This document shows, piece after piece, positions 1 through 10,184 of a DNA stretch of 64,000 bases; within the stretch, counting starts at the first letter, position 1; each line of letters starts with the position of its first letter. The notes beneath the pieces were generated by a model. It had not been told where the DNA came from and did no database searches. It was given only the letters and a program-made list of their open reading frames with translations. Source of the stretch: an uncultured Pirellulaceae bacterium (GTDB lineage: Bacteria > Planctomycetota > Planctomycetia > Pirellulales > Pirellulaceae); contig CALCJM010000020.1 in NCBI GenBank assembly GCA_937967505.1, forward strand, positions 2,131 through 66,130. The letters are read 5' to 3'. The position numbers and the translations under genes were made by a program.

Positions 1-1366
1 CACTACCGCCGACGCGCACGACAACCTTTTCTTCCAACACACGCAGTAATTTGGCTTGTCCGCCAAGGCTCATGTCTCCGATTTCATCCAGAAACAGCGT
101 GCCGCCATCGGCCAGTTCAAATTTGCCCTCGCGCGCCTGATGGGCATCGGTGAACGCACCTTTTTCATGACCAAACAGCTCGCTTTCGAGCAGCGTTTCG
201 CTGATCGCGGCGCAATTCACCGCCACCATCACCTCACCCCGCCGACTGCTCAGATAGTGCACCAGCTGCGCGACCACTTCTTTTCCCGTACCGTTTTCGC
301 CAGTGATCAGAATCGACAGTTCCGTATCGGCCACTCTTTGGATTGTCTTTTTCAGACTCTCGATTTCGGCACAGTTTCCAATCAGCGCCACTCCGTCAGC
401 CGCCTCGTCAGCGACTTTGGTTTTTGTGGTAACCAGATGCTCGACGTGCAACGTGTTCTCGATCGCCACTGAAGCGTGATGTGCCAACTCAATCAGCGCT
501 TCCTGGTCCGCCAAGGTAAAATTTCCTGACAGGCGGTTGATGACTTCAAACGCACCAATCGTTTGTTGTTGCGAATTAACCATCGGTACACACAGCAAGG
601 TCGTTGTTTGAAAACCCAGTTGTTGATCGATATCGCGATTGATTTGTTGCTGTTCATCGGAGATGTCTTCATCGACACGGATGGGCTCTCCGGAGGTCAT
701 GACTTTGCCAACGACTCCCGCGCCGGCAGGAATGCGTAGCATGCCGTCTTCCACTCCTAATGCAGGTTTGCCGATCAAACTTTCGCCGGATGCGTCGGCA
801 AGGAAAATGGTCGCGCGTTCTGCCCCGATCAGCCGCGTAGAGGCTTCAGCAATTTGAACCAGCAGTTCATCGGTTTCGCGCGACTGGTTCCAGAGCGCCG
901 TCATTTCCAGGATCGCTTCCAGTTGGGTGCTGCGACGCGCTGTCCGCAGCCGTGTCTGATGTCCAAGATCAGCCAGTTCAAGGGCGGCGGTGAGCGATTC
1001 CAATTCTTCTGCCGGCAGCGCGCTGGCTGTTTTGATGGCCAGCAATCTGCCCGCAGTGTTGGGACGACTCAAAGGAGCGGCCGACCAATTTTCACTCGTC
1101 TGAACAGATTCGGCATCGAGGGTTTCTGACAGCAGTTCCCGGGGTGGTGCTTCTTTACCCATCAACGCCAGCGTCCTCCATTGCCCCTTGACGCCCTGCA
1201 TCACAGCGACCGAAGATGCCTTGAGCTCCCCGCTGATATGTTCAACGGCAGCGTCCAGGAATGTCTCGTCGTCTCTTTTTTTGATGGACAGCAGCACCAG
1301 AGACGGGAAGAGGCCCAATCCCAACTTACCCTGATTGATACGTTGAGTCTGTTCAGATGATGCCAT
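1..1366 (-). CDS. GAF-domain sigma54-dependent transcriptional activator (runs off the window edge)
   Basis: Manual translation from ATG 1366 (MASSEQTQ...) gives a GAF-like region (LLCVPM...IGAFEVIN) and then the sigma54 AAA+ motif [15 protein letters not shown]. It is missing from the ORF track because its stop lies outside the window. Confidence 0.9.
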   Translation of the reverse strand, partial: MASSEQTQRINQGKLGLGLFPSLVLLSIKKRDDETFLDAAVEHISGELKASSVAVMQGVKGQWRTLALMGKEAPPRELLSETLDAESVQTSENWSAAPLSRPNTAGRLLAIKTASALPAEELESLTAALELADLGHQTRLRTARRSTQLEAILEMTALWNQSRETDELLVQIAEASTRLIGAERATIFLADASGESLIGKPALGVEDGMLRIPAGAGVVGKVMTSGEPIRVDEDISDEQQQINRDIDQQLGFQTTTLLCVPMVNSQQQTIGAFEVINRLSGNFTLADQEALIELAHHASVAIENTLHVEHLVTTKTKVADEAADGVALIGNCAEIESLKKTIQRVADTELSILITGENGTGKEVVAQLVHYLSSRRGEVMVAVNCAAISETLLESELFGHEKGAFTDAHQAREGKFELADGGTLFLDEIGDMSLGGQAKLLRVLEEKVVVRVGGS

Positions 1367-1689
1367 AAAAAATTCGCTCGATTTCATAATCTGGAAGCTC
1401 TCTGCAAGTCCCCAACCGTGCGCTGATCTCCAGACGCAATTTGGAATAGACATCAGAGTAGTCATTTTGATATCAGGGGGCAATGATACGTGGCGGCAGT
1501 TGTGGTAAGTTATGGCTTCTTGAAAGGCGCTTAAAAAAGGCTTCCTGATGCAAGTCACCGGAGCCAAGTCACTGAATTCATAGAACAAAAGCAAAGCCAT
1601 CGGCCGTCTGGTGACGGCAGCCAAGTGTTTCCCAACCGGGGCAACACGGGCAGCGAGGCTGAAACGATAAAAACCAGAAGGAACCAACC

Positions 1690-2520
1690 ATGGGTATGTT
1701 TGACGGTAAAAAAGGTCTGATTCTTGGCGTTGCGAACGATCGCTCTATCGCTTGGGCAATTGCAGAAAAAATCATGGCCGAAGGTGGCGAGTGCGGTTTT
1801 ACGCACCTGCCTGACCGCGAAGACGACGACAAAAAAAAGAACCGTCGGCGAGTGCAGAAGTGTTTTGACAAATCCGCCAATGCCGACAAAGCCAAATTTC
1901 TGGTCCCGCTGAACGTCCAGGACGATGCCCAGATCGCCGAGGTAATGAAAAAAGCCGAGGATGAGTTTGGTCAGATCGACTTCCTGCTGCATTCGATCGC
2001 ATTCGCCGATCGGGCCGATCTTACGCGCGATACCGTCGAAACCAGTCGCGCCGGTTTTCAGATGGCGATGGAGATCAGTTGTTACAGCCTGATCGCGGTC
2101 ACCAACGCAGCGCGTCCGATTCTGTCCACCAATTCGTCGGTTGCCTGTATGACCTATTTTGGCGGCGAAAAATGTGTGCCGGGCTACAACGTGATGGGCA
2201 TCTGCAAGGCAGCGCTGGACGCCACAATGCGTTACCTGGCCTACGACCTTGGTCCTGACGGAATCCGCGTCAACGCGCTGAGCGCCGGTCCGCTAAAAAC
2301 GCTCGCCGGGAGCGCCGCTGGCGTGGGCGAAATGCTGAAGATGTACGAACACGTTGCTCCGATGAGCCGCAACGTGACGCACGAAGAGGTCGGAAATTCG
2401 GGCGCATTTCTGCTGTCCGATTTATCCAACGGCATCACGGGTGAAATCCTGCACATCGATGCGGGTTACAACGCGATGGGTTCGCCCGGACGATTGACCA
2501 ATATGCTGGCGCAAGGCTGA
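1690..2520 (+). CDS. fabI: Enoyl-[acyl-carrier-protein] reductase
   Basis: [30 protein letters not shown] and [14 protein letters not shown] are FabI motifs. Confidence 0.95.
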   Translation: MGMFDGKKGLILGVANDRSIAWAIAEKIMAEGGECGFTHLPDREDDDKKKNRRRVQKCFDKSANADKAKFLVPLNVQDDAQIAEVMKKAEDEFGQIDFLLHSIAFADRADLTRDTVETSRAGFQMAMEISCYSLIAVTNAARPILSTNSSVACMTYFGGEKCVPGYNVMGICKAALDATMRYLAYDLGPDGIRVNALSAGPLKTLAGSAAGVGEMLKMYEHVAPMSRNVTHEEVGNSGAFLLSDLSNGITGEILHIDAGYNAMGSPGRLTNMLAQG

Positions 2521-2531
2521 TTTTGGTTGGC

Positions 2532-2642
2532 ATAGCGACCGTCGCCAGACAATGGAAGGGGCAGAGAGAAATTTGCCCCGACTGAATTTGCTTGGTCGAA
2601 TTTGCTCCACGGACGACTCCACGCTCTGGCGAGCGTAGCCAC
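2532..2642. repeat. Inverted REP-like doublet (type A at 2532-2555 +, type B at 2619-2642 -)
   Basis: ATAGCGACCGTCGCCAGACAATGG and the reverse complement GTGGCTACGCTCGCCAGAGCGTGG lie between convergent genes; related copies occur at 3648-3741 and 58066-58176. Confidence 0.75.
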
Positions 2643-2645
2643 GTT

Positions 2646-3419
2646 TTAACGACGGTTGTTGAAGAATCCTGCCCGGTGCAGGAAGTAGATTAGTGTCAGG
2701 AACGCGGTTACAAATGCGGCCACGTAGGTCATCGCGGCGGCGGTCAAAACCTTGTCAATGCCCACTCGTTCCTGAGGCGTCACGATTCCAGCCTCGACCA
2801 CCAATTGTTTGGCACGATTACTGGCGTTGAATTCCACCGGCAGGGTTACCAGTTGGAACAGTAACAACAGCGTGTACAGTCCGGCTCCAATCAGAAATAC
2901 GACTTGACCGAAAACACCAGCCACGGCAATCAATGCCAGTCCGACCATCATTGCGGTGGTCCCGAATTTGGTCCCAATGTTGGCTGCCGGCACGATCATG
3001 CTGCGCCACTTCAGCGGAAAATAGCCCGTCGCATGTTGAATCGCGTGCCCTGCTTCGTGGGTGGCCACGCCGATCGCAGCGACCGACGATTTATCAAATA
3101 CCTGGCTGGAGAGAGCCAGTGTTTTGTTGGTCGGGTTGTAATGGTCGGTCAGAGTTCCATCGACCCGTACCACACGCACGTCAGTGATACCGGCAGTATC
3201 CAGTAGTTTTTGAGCGGCCTGTTGGCCCGTGAAGCCTCGTGAGGTGGGCACCGACGAGTACTGGTTGAAGCGTTTTTTCACCAGCCATGCCGCACCGCTG
3301 GAAAGAACCATTCCCGGCAACATCACCAGCAACAGGTACCATGGATCCATAAAACGACCCATTCCCATCATCGCAATCACGGGGGTAAAGTTCCAAAACA
3401 TCAAAGTCGAAGCGAGCAT
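2646..3419 (-). CDS. Membrane zinc metallopeptidase, YugP/Zn_peptidase_2 family (start uncertain)
   Basis: LTDHYNP, HEAGHAIQH, LVTLPVEFNAS and AAAMTYVAA motifs. Confidence 0.9.
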   Translation of the reverse strand: MLASTLMFWNFTPVIAMMGMGRFMDPWYLLLVMLPGMVLSSGAAWLVKKRFNQYSSVPTSRGFTGQQAAQKLLDTAGITDVRVVRVDGTLTDHYNPTNKTLALSSQVFDKSSVAAIGVATHEAGHAIQHATGYFPLKWRSMIVPAANIGTKFGTTAMMVGLALIAVAGVFGQVVFLIGAGLYTLLLLFQLVTLPVEFNASNRAKQLVVEAGIVTPQERVGIDKVLTAAAMTYVAAFVTAFLTLIYFLHRAGFFNNRR

Positions 3420-3647
3420 ATATATTTCCGAAAATACAGCAAATGAATGAGAGGAAATTCATTGGCGAAAGAATCCTTGGCGGGCAGGGTCGATTAAAAC
3501 AAACCAATGAAGTAAACCCTGTAGTGGCATCTTTGCGGTTTTGGCCATTGAAAACAAGAGAAGTTGACTCCAATTACGGCTAGAGGGTGTTTCAGGCCGG
3601 TTTTTTCCCCTCCAAACGCGTAAGACATTTTAGGAAATAACGAAAAC

Positions 3648-3741
3648 GTGGCTACGCTCGCCAAGGCGTGGAATGCCACGGAGAAGGCCGAACGACAGAA
3701 AATTACTTACTTCCGCTCCACTCTCTGGCGACGGTAGCTAC
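3648..3741. repeat. Inverted REP-like doublet (type B at 3648-3671 +, type A at 3718-3741 -)
   Basis: GTGGCTACGCTCGCCAAGGCGTGG and the reverse complement GTAGCTACCGTCGCCAGAGAGTGG; the TAG within GTAG is the stop codon of the adjacent gene. Confidence 0.8.
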
Positions 3742-4337
3742 CTTGGATGCACCAGCAGGATTCGATACTGCCAACGAATGGAGACTGACCGGCCATCGGC
3801 TGGAGGCTGCAAGTCAACCGGTGCGATCAACACCCGCCCGTCGATATCAACAGAAACACTCGATCTGGTCGCCAATTCGGTCGCCGCCTGCAACGCCACC
3901 TGGCCAAATTCATGCTGTAAATACACGCCACCATCGATGTCCGATACCGTCACACCATCAGCACAACGATAGGTTGAAGCCAACGAAACGCCCGGAGATT
4001 TTACCAGACATGCCAAATCAAACAGCACCTGATTCTCTCCGGTCACCGATGCAGAAACCGACCAGTGATTCTTCCCGGCCATCCCGACGCCCAGCACCGC
4101 GCCTCCATCGACCAAATCGTGCCGGCTTGGATCCTGAACTGGCGGGCTGGGCGGCCACACCGTCTCATTGTCTCCCTCGATTGATGTCAGCAATACCGCG
4201 CGCGTCTCCTTTGCAGGGGTTGTGCTGTTGATCGCAATTTGATGCATCCAGCGATCGGGGCAACTTTCATCTTTGAAGAATTCAACCACAATGATTCGAC
4301 CGGAGCTGGCCGATGTTTCAAATGTCAGCTTATCCAT
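3738..4337 (-). CDS. Hypothetical protein downstream of prfB
   Basis: About 199 aa ORF whose ATG (MDKLTF) overlaps the prfB 3' end; no motif recognised. Confidence 0.7.
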   Translation of the reverse strand: MDKLTFETSASSGRIIVVEFFKDESCPDRWMHQIAINSTTPAKETRAVLLTSIEGDNETVWPPSPPVQDPSRHDLVDGGAVLGVGMAGKNHWSVSASVTGENQVLFDLACLVKSPGVSLASTYRCADGVTVSDIDGGVYLQHEFGQVALQAATELATRSSVSVDIDGRVLIAPVDLQPPADGRSVSIRWQYRILLVHPR

Positions 4338-5467
4338 CAGTCTTGCCAACCTGTCCTGGCGTGTCGCCCTGAGTCTCTTTGGCCAACCAGTTCAGATAGG
4401 CATCCAGAAACCCCTGGATTTCTCCATCCAGAACCTTCTGAATGTCTCCCATGGCGTGCCCGGTTCGTGCGTCTTTGACGCGCTGGTCAGGGTGCATGAA
4501 ATAGTTGCGAATTTGCGACCCAAAACCGACGCGCTGTTTGTTCTGATACTTGCTGGCTTCTTCGGCCTCGCGTTTTTCATCTTCAATTTTGGCCAGTTTC
4601 GCCCGCAGCATCTTCCAAGCCTGTGCCCGGTTTTTGTGTTGGCTGCGCTGGTTTTGACACTGGACAACGGCACCGGTTGGCAAGTGAGTCAATCTCACGG
4701 CGCTGTCGGTTTTGTTGACGTGTTGGCCACCGGCCCCACCGGCGCGATAGGTGTCGGTCTTGACATCGGATTCGTTGATTTCGATTTCCACCGAATCTCC
4801 CACTTCCGGCGTCACTTCGACCGCAGCAAAACTGGTCTGGCGTTTCCCTTCCGAATTGAACGGGCTGATCCGGACCAGACGGTGCGTGCCGGATTCGGCT
4901 TTCAGGTATCCGTACGCCATTGCGCCGCGGATAGCGATCGCAGCGCTGTTAATGCCTGCCTCGGAATTGTCAGAACGCTCGAGCAATTCGATGGAGTAGT
5001 CATTTTTCTGCGCCCACAGCGTATACATGCGCAGCATCATTTCCGCCCAATCGTTGGCATCGGTACCCCCGTCGCGCGCGTGAATCGTCAAAATGGCATC
5101 ACATGAATCGCGCGGTCCGTTGAGCAACGCCTTCAGTTCGAGCGCTTCGAGTTCTGTCTCAATCCGTTCGATTTCGCCACGAATCTCGGCCTCGATCGAT
5201 TCATCTTCCTCCGCCATTTCAATCAGCGCGTCCAGATCTTCGCCGCTGGATGTGATCTCCGTCAGTGGCGCGACGATCGATTTAACCGACTTCAACCTGC
5301 CAACGGTCGCCTGCGCCTTTTCCTGATCGTCCCAGAAATCAGTGGCTCCCATTTCCAATTCAATTTCGCCAATTTGTTTGCTTCGTTGATCGTAGTCAAA
5401 GACTGTCTCGAAGCAGGGCAATGCGCTGGCGAATAATTTTTGAGCGGTCGATCAGTTCTGAATCCAT
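4330..5467 (-). CDS. prfB: Peptide chain release factor 2, with programmed +1 frameshift at CTT-TGA-C (5401-5395)
   Basis: ATG 5467 gives MDSELIDRSKIIRQRIALLRDSL followed by TGA; the +1 frame continues DYDQRSK... with RISPF (SPF) and GGQHVNKTDSAVR. Confidence 0.97.
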
Positions 5468-5694
5468 TGAGGTTGTCTCATTCCGTTAAAAAATACTTTT
5501 TTTGTGTGTGGCTGTTGCTAAACGAAAACGGAGCCACGCAGAACGTTAATCTTGGTTCTTGATCAGCAACTTTGTAGCGCGGTTGACGTTTCTTAAAAAC
5601 GACCTTAACAGCGGCCCAAACACGGTGACCTATTTGACCTATTCGCCGTTCTACCGCGTTAGCCCGTTGATCCAATGACAGCTTAATTGCGACA

Positions 5695-6945
5695 TCAGAC
5701 CAGCATCGCGGCGGCGGGCACGGGGAAGCTCTCGCACAGTTCTTTGACTGCACCGCGAATCGACGCTTGCCGGGCAGCGTCATCGGTATTTTGCAATGCC
5801 TCGATAATCCACGCCGCGATCTGTGTCATCTGTTCGGTGCCCATCCCGCGGGTGGTCAGCGCCGGTGTACCAATACGAATTCCGCTGGGGTCCATTGGCT
5901 GTCGCTGATCGTAGGGGATCATGTTTTTGTTGATGGTGATCCCGCACTTGTCCAAGGTCTCTTCCGCTACGCTTCCACCGATTCCAAGCGGCGTTACGTC
6001 AACCAGCACCAAATGATTGTCGGTTCCGCCACTGACCAGTTTCAGATCGGACTTCAACAAACCTTCCGCCAGGGCGTTGCTGTTGGCGACCACGTCGGCG
6101 GCGTACTGTTTAAACTCGGGCTTCATTGCCTCGGCGAAACACACGGCTTTGCCGGCCACGATGTGCATCAGCGGCCCGCCCTGCATGCCCGGGAAGACAG
6201 CTGAATTCAATTTCTTGGCCCACTTCTTTTTACACATGACCAAACCGGCGCGCGGCCCACGCAGTGTCTTGTGTGTGGTTGTGGAAACAAAATCAGCGTA
6301 AGGCACAGGGCTGTTATGCGCGCCACCGGCAACCAGACCGGCATAGTGTGCCATGTCCACAAACAGGATCGCACCCACCTCGTCGGCGATCTCTTTGAAT
6401 TTTGCGTGATCAATTTCACGCGGATAGGCGCTGGCACCGGCAACAATCATTTTTGGCTTGTGCTCTTTGGCCAACGCCGCCACCTGGTCGAAATCAATGC
6501 GGTGAGTGTCCTGGGTGACACCATAGTTGACAAAGTTATACAGCTTGCCCGACAGGTTCAGCCGCATTCCGTGTGTCAGGTGGCCACCGTGAGCCAGATC
6601 CAAACCCAAAACCGTGTCGCCCACATCCAGTGCGGCCAGATAAACGGCCTGGTTGGCCTGGGAACCGGAATTGGGCTGAACATTGGCATATTCCGCACCA
6701 AAGAGTTCTTTGGCCCGATCGCGGGCGATGTCTTCGATCACATCGACCACCTCGCAACCGCCGTAGTATCGACGACCGGGATAGCCTTCGGCGTACTTAT
6801 TGGTCAGCACGCTGCCAGCGGCTTCCATGATAGCGGGGCTGGTGTAGTTCTCGCTGGCGATCATCTCAAGGCCGTCCTGCTGTCGCTGGGCTTCGTTGTT
6901 AATCGCGTTGAAAATATCGGGGTCTTGGCTCTGCAAAAAATTCAT
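5695..6945 (-). CDS. glyA: Serine hydroxymethyltransferase
   Basis: [29 protein letters not shown] and [11 protein letters not shown]. Confidence 0.98.
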   Translation of the reverse strand: MNFLQSQDPDIFNAINNEAQRQQDGLEMIASENYTSPAIMEAAGSVLTNKYAEGYPGRRYYGGCEVVDVIEDIARDRAKELFGAEYANVQPNSGSQANQAVYLAALDVGDTVLGLDLAHGGHLTHGMRLNLSGKLYNFVNYGVTQDTHRIDFDQVAALAKEHKPKMIVAGASAYPREIDHAKFKEIADEVGAILFVDMAHYAGLVAGGAHNSPVPYADFVSTTTHKTLRGPRAGLVMCKKKWAKKLNSAVFPGMQGGPLMHIVAGKAVCFAEAMKPEFKQYAADVVANSNALAEGLLKSDLKLVSGGTDNHLVLVDVTPLGIGGSVAEETLDKCGITINKNMIPYDQRQPMDPSGIRIGTPALTTRGMGTEQMTQIAAWIIEALQNTDDAARQASIRGAVKELCESFPVPAAAMLV

Positions 6946-7068
6946 GGGGCTACCGGTAAGGTGTTGGAATCCAGAATAAGGGTTGGCAACAGGAACGGCT
7001 ATTGTTCCGAGATTTGGTCAAATCGGTAGATCAAATCCGGGAACTCGGGCCTTCGGGACGTTTATCGG

Positions 7069-8547
7069 TCATTTTAATCTGAAAATAGAGACTTCCAAGT
7101 GTCCCGAATTGTCACGCAACCTCGTCGGAGACTCGTTAATGCGCAGCCATAACACGCCATCGCGCGGCATCGCCAACCCGTTAAACCCCCTCGTTCCGTT
7201 AATTTTGTGTAGGTTGACCACCGGCACGGGCATGCCGGTTCCAACCGGGATCGAATCGACGCCACCGACGGCCGCCACATCTTCCTGCGACAATGTTTCC
7301 GGCACGACGCTGGCCATCAATTTCCCCAGCGGTTGGCCAGAATAGTAGTCCACGGTGATTCCGGCCGCCTGGCTGACCCAAGGTCTGGTGGTTTGTCCAA
7401 CGACCACTTCCCCGCTGGCCGAAATCCGCAGTCGGTCGCCCCGGCGAACCTTCAGTCCGGTCGATTGCCAGCTGTGCGTGGCAGACACCTGAAATGCCTG
7501 CGCACCAGCCGGTTCGGTTGCGATCGGCACCGCCTCGGTCAACCTCGTGCGGCGAACGTCGTAACCATAGTCAAGTTCATTGACAAATAATGCCCAATCT
7601 CTGTCGAGCGCGTCGCGATGCGGTTTGATCGCCCGGAAAAAAGACTGGTTGAACTCCGTTTGCGCCTGACCGACGGTATCCTGCAACCGTACGAACGCTC
7701 TGGCCGACAGTGGATGCTCCGAAAAGAACTCGCATGCCGCCCAACTCCAAGCGTAATACTTCACCTCTCGAAAGGCGGACGGCGGAATGTTCATCACATC
7801 ATCCAGCGACATGGCCGAACCGGCAGCGACCATCCTGTTGATGCGCCCGATGCGCCCCCAGCCGCGCGAGTCGTCGGCCAAAGCAATTTTTGCAGCCAGT
7901 ATCAGCCGTTCTTCATCCCGGCGATGCAACGCCACCCACTCGGCCATGCCTTCGGAGAACCACGGTGGTCCGGTGGAGCCCAAAAACCAGTTCATCCAAG
8001 CGTGGGTTCCCTCGTGCAGGATCAAATGGCGCGTGTAGTAGTCCTCCGGTTGCACAAACATCCAGAATTCGTGGCCACGACTATAGCCCGCCGGAAATTT
8101 TGGCAGGTCAGCCGGGATCAGCCCGGCGTTCCGGAACCGCTGTTGGTCCTGCATGATGATCGCGGACAAGGCATAGTTTTCGGCATCGGCGCGGTCGGTA
8201 TCAAATTGCTCGCACCATGCAGGAACCGCTGCATCAAAGAGCTCGATCCAGCGCTGGCGCGGATCGGTTTCGCCTTCCACCAAATCAGCACGTACATCGG
8301 TATACAGCGTGATATGCTTTCCCGAGAGAACAGAAATACCGGCAGCAGCAACACGCTGTGGATCGATTTTCAGCGGCGCGGGCATCTGCGGATTGATTCG
8401 CTGCATGCGGCGCTGGCGCGCGGCGTCCACTTGTGGAGCGGTCAACGCCTGTGCACCATCGAAAACGGTAATCGACAACACCATCAGCACACCGGCAACC
8501 AAAATCAGCGCGCGACTTGCAGGATTTCGCCAACGGGGAAACAACAT
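7069..8547 (-). CDS. Exported gluzincin-type metallopeptidase-like protein with a possible C-terminal lectin-like beta domain
   Basis: N-terminal hydrophobic segment; HEGTH...WFSEGMAE; C-terminal WQSTGLKVRRGDRLRISASG. Start placed at ATG 8547 so it does not overlap the CBS gene. Confidence 0.65.
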   Translation of the reverse strand: MLFPRWRNPASRALILVAGVLMVLSITVFDGAQALTAPQVDAARQRRMQRINPQMPAPLKIDPQRVAAAGISVLSGKHITLYTDVRADLVEGETDPRQRWIELFDAAVPAWCEQFDTDRADAENYALSAIIMQDQQRFRNAGLIPADLPKFPAGYSRGHEFWMFVQPEDYYTRHLILHEGTHAWMNWFLGSTGPPWFSEGMAEWVALHRRDEERLILAAKIALADDSRGWGRIGRINRMVAAGSAMSLDDVMNIPPSAFREVKYYAWSWAACEFFSEHPLSARAFVRLQDTVGQAQTEFNQSFFRAIKPHRDALDRDWALFVNELDYGYDVRRTRLTEAVPIATEPAGAQAFQVSATHSWQSTGLKVRRGDRLRISASGEVVVGQTTRPWVSQAAGITVDYYSGQPLGKLMASVVPETLSQEDVAAVGGVDSIPVGTGMPVPVVNLHKINGTRGFNGLAMPRDGVLWLRINESPTRLRDNSGHLEVSIFRLK

Positions 8548-8665
8548 TCGAAACGATCTACAAACGGAAACCGGAAAACGTGCAGAGTAACGAAATTCGC
8601 CGCCTGAGGAAACCGCGCCGTTGCAATCCTGGACAGTTCGAGACAGTTTCACCAACGCAACAGAA

Positions 8666-9154
8666 TCAGACTGTTGGGCAGGAACTGTTTTCCAATGCGG
8701 ACAGATACAGCGTCGCGCTACCACGATCATTGACAGGCTTGATTAGTTTCGCAGCGTGGCGGATGACATCCCGACGGCTGACCTGACCAACCAGTTTTCC
8801 GTCCCGCAGCACCGGCAAACGTCGAATGGGCTGGCTGATGAACATCTGGGCTACGCTTAACAGCTGCATATTTTCATCGATCGCGACCGGATCCTCGATC
8901 ATGAAAGAACCCACTTCGCTGCTGGGCAGTGATTCATAGGTCGCATCGACCAGCACCTCCAGACAGCACCGTTCGGTAAACATACCCAACAGCTGTCCGT
9001 CGGTATCGACCACTGGCGCTCCAGAGATCTTGTTTTTGACCAACAATGCCACTGCCTGAAACACATCCTGTTCCGGTTGTAGTTTGACCAATCTGGTCGT
9101 CATTACATCACCGGCGCACAACACGTCGGGAACATTCTTAAAACCTGTCGCCAT
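8666..9154 (-). CDS. CBS-pair domain protein
   Basis: ISGAPVVD...LLGMFT and RRLPVLRDGKLVGQVSRRD. Confidence 0.9.
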   Translation of the reverse strand: MATGFKNVPDVLCAGDVMTTRLVKLQPEQDVFQAVALLVKNKISGAPVVDTDGQLLGMFTERCCLEVLVDATYESLPSSEVGSFMIEDPVAIDENMQLLSVAQMFISQPIRRLPVLRDGKLVGQVSRRDVIRHAAKLIKPVNDRGSATLYLSALENSSCPTV

Positions 9155-9612
9155 CGCAGCCTCCCTATAGAAGATAACTATCAGAAAAAACGACTCGCCC
9201 CCTCACGACAAAACATTCTTCGAATGAAAGCAGTTGATCCGCAATCATAGGTCCGATTGGTAGCCAACCAACGTTTAATAACGCATCTTTGCAGCCAACC
9301 CAAACAACCATCGATCATTTAAGCTTCGATGGCCCGGGGTGTCTCAAGGTGAGGTATCTTACAATTTACACCAGCGTGCACCAAACACCAAACTTTTTTA
9401 TCACCCACCAAACCACCAGAAGCGGGCTGTCGGGCGTTTGTGAAATCTGTCACAAACTTCCCCCGTGTTTCCGGGGAGAAGATGTAGCTGCTGAGCACTT
9501 TTGCAGTCAAACAAATTTTTTGTCGTTGGACCGGGCAATCGTGAAAGTTTTTGGTGATTGATCGCCAAATGAGCTGAGACCAATCGGCGAAGTAACCAGA
9601 GATAGGGAACTC

Positions 9613-9730
9613 TAAGGCGACTGGCGGTCAGGGAATTTACCATCCGCTGGCGACGCTGCCAGCGTCGCCAGCGCAGTTGGCAGCATCGCCAACGGTAAGC
9701 TTACAACTGCCAATCGCCTCAATCGCCTAA
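9613..9730 (+). mobile_element. Palindromic MITE-like element, copy 1
   Basis: TAAGGCGACTGGCGGT...AACTGCCAATCGCCT(CAATCGCCT)AA, closely similar to 34506-34592 and 52643-52742. Confidence 0.75.
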
Positions 9731-10184
9731 AACGATCGAAACGGGATTAGGACCAAGCCATGGTTTGACAGCAGTCGAGGTTGGTTTTCTTTTTCCTTTT
9801 TCCGGGTTCTCCATCCCATGCCCGTTCGAAAAAGTCAGGCTCGCAGATCCCTGAAGCAGGATTATCGATCATGGACAATTACTCGTGGGCTATTTTTCTG
9901 ATGTGACCTTTCTTGGAGGCCCCTACATTTCATCCAACCGCCACCAGCCGAACCGTGGCAGGCTGTTTTTTTCCGGGATTCCTGCGTCGATCGGCATTCG
10001 ATTCTCTTTGACTTTACCGAAATGGCGAGATAGTATACCGGAGCGTTTAAGCAAGGATTACCGGGCTTTATTTCCCTCGTCACCAATTCCGAGCTCCGTT
10101 GAAATTTACCCGGCTCACACCGTTGATCGCTAACGGGGTGTCGCAATTACGTCTATTTACTGTCTTTCGTTTGATGCAGCACTT

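Noticed and set aside
4330-5421. prfB starting at TTG 5421 (MPCFETVF) or being a pseudogene
   Set aside because: Explained by the programmed CTT-TGA-C frameshift from ATG 5467.
4273-8607. Long + strand ORFs 4273-5106, 6271-7029 and 7618-8607
   Set aside because: They are antisense shadows of prfB, glyA and the peptidase-like gene.
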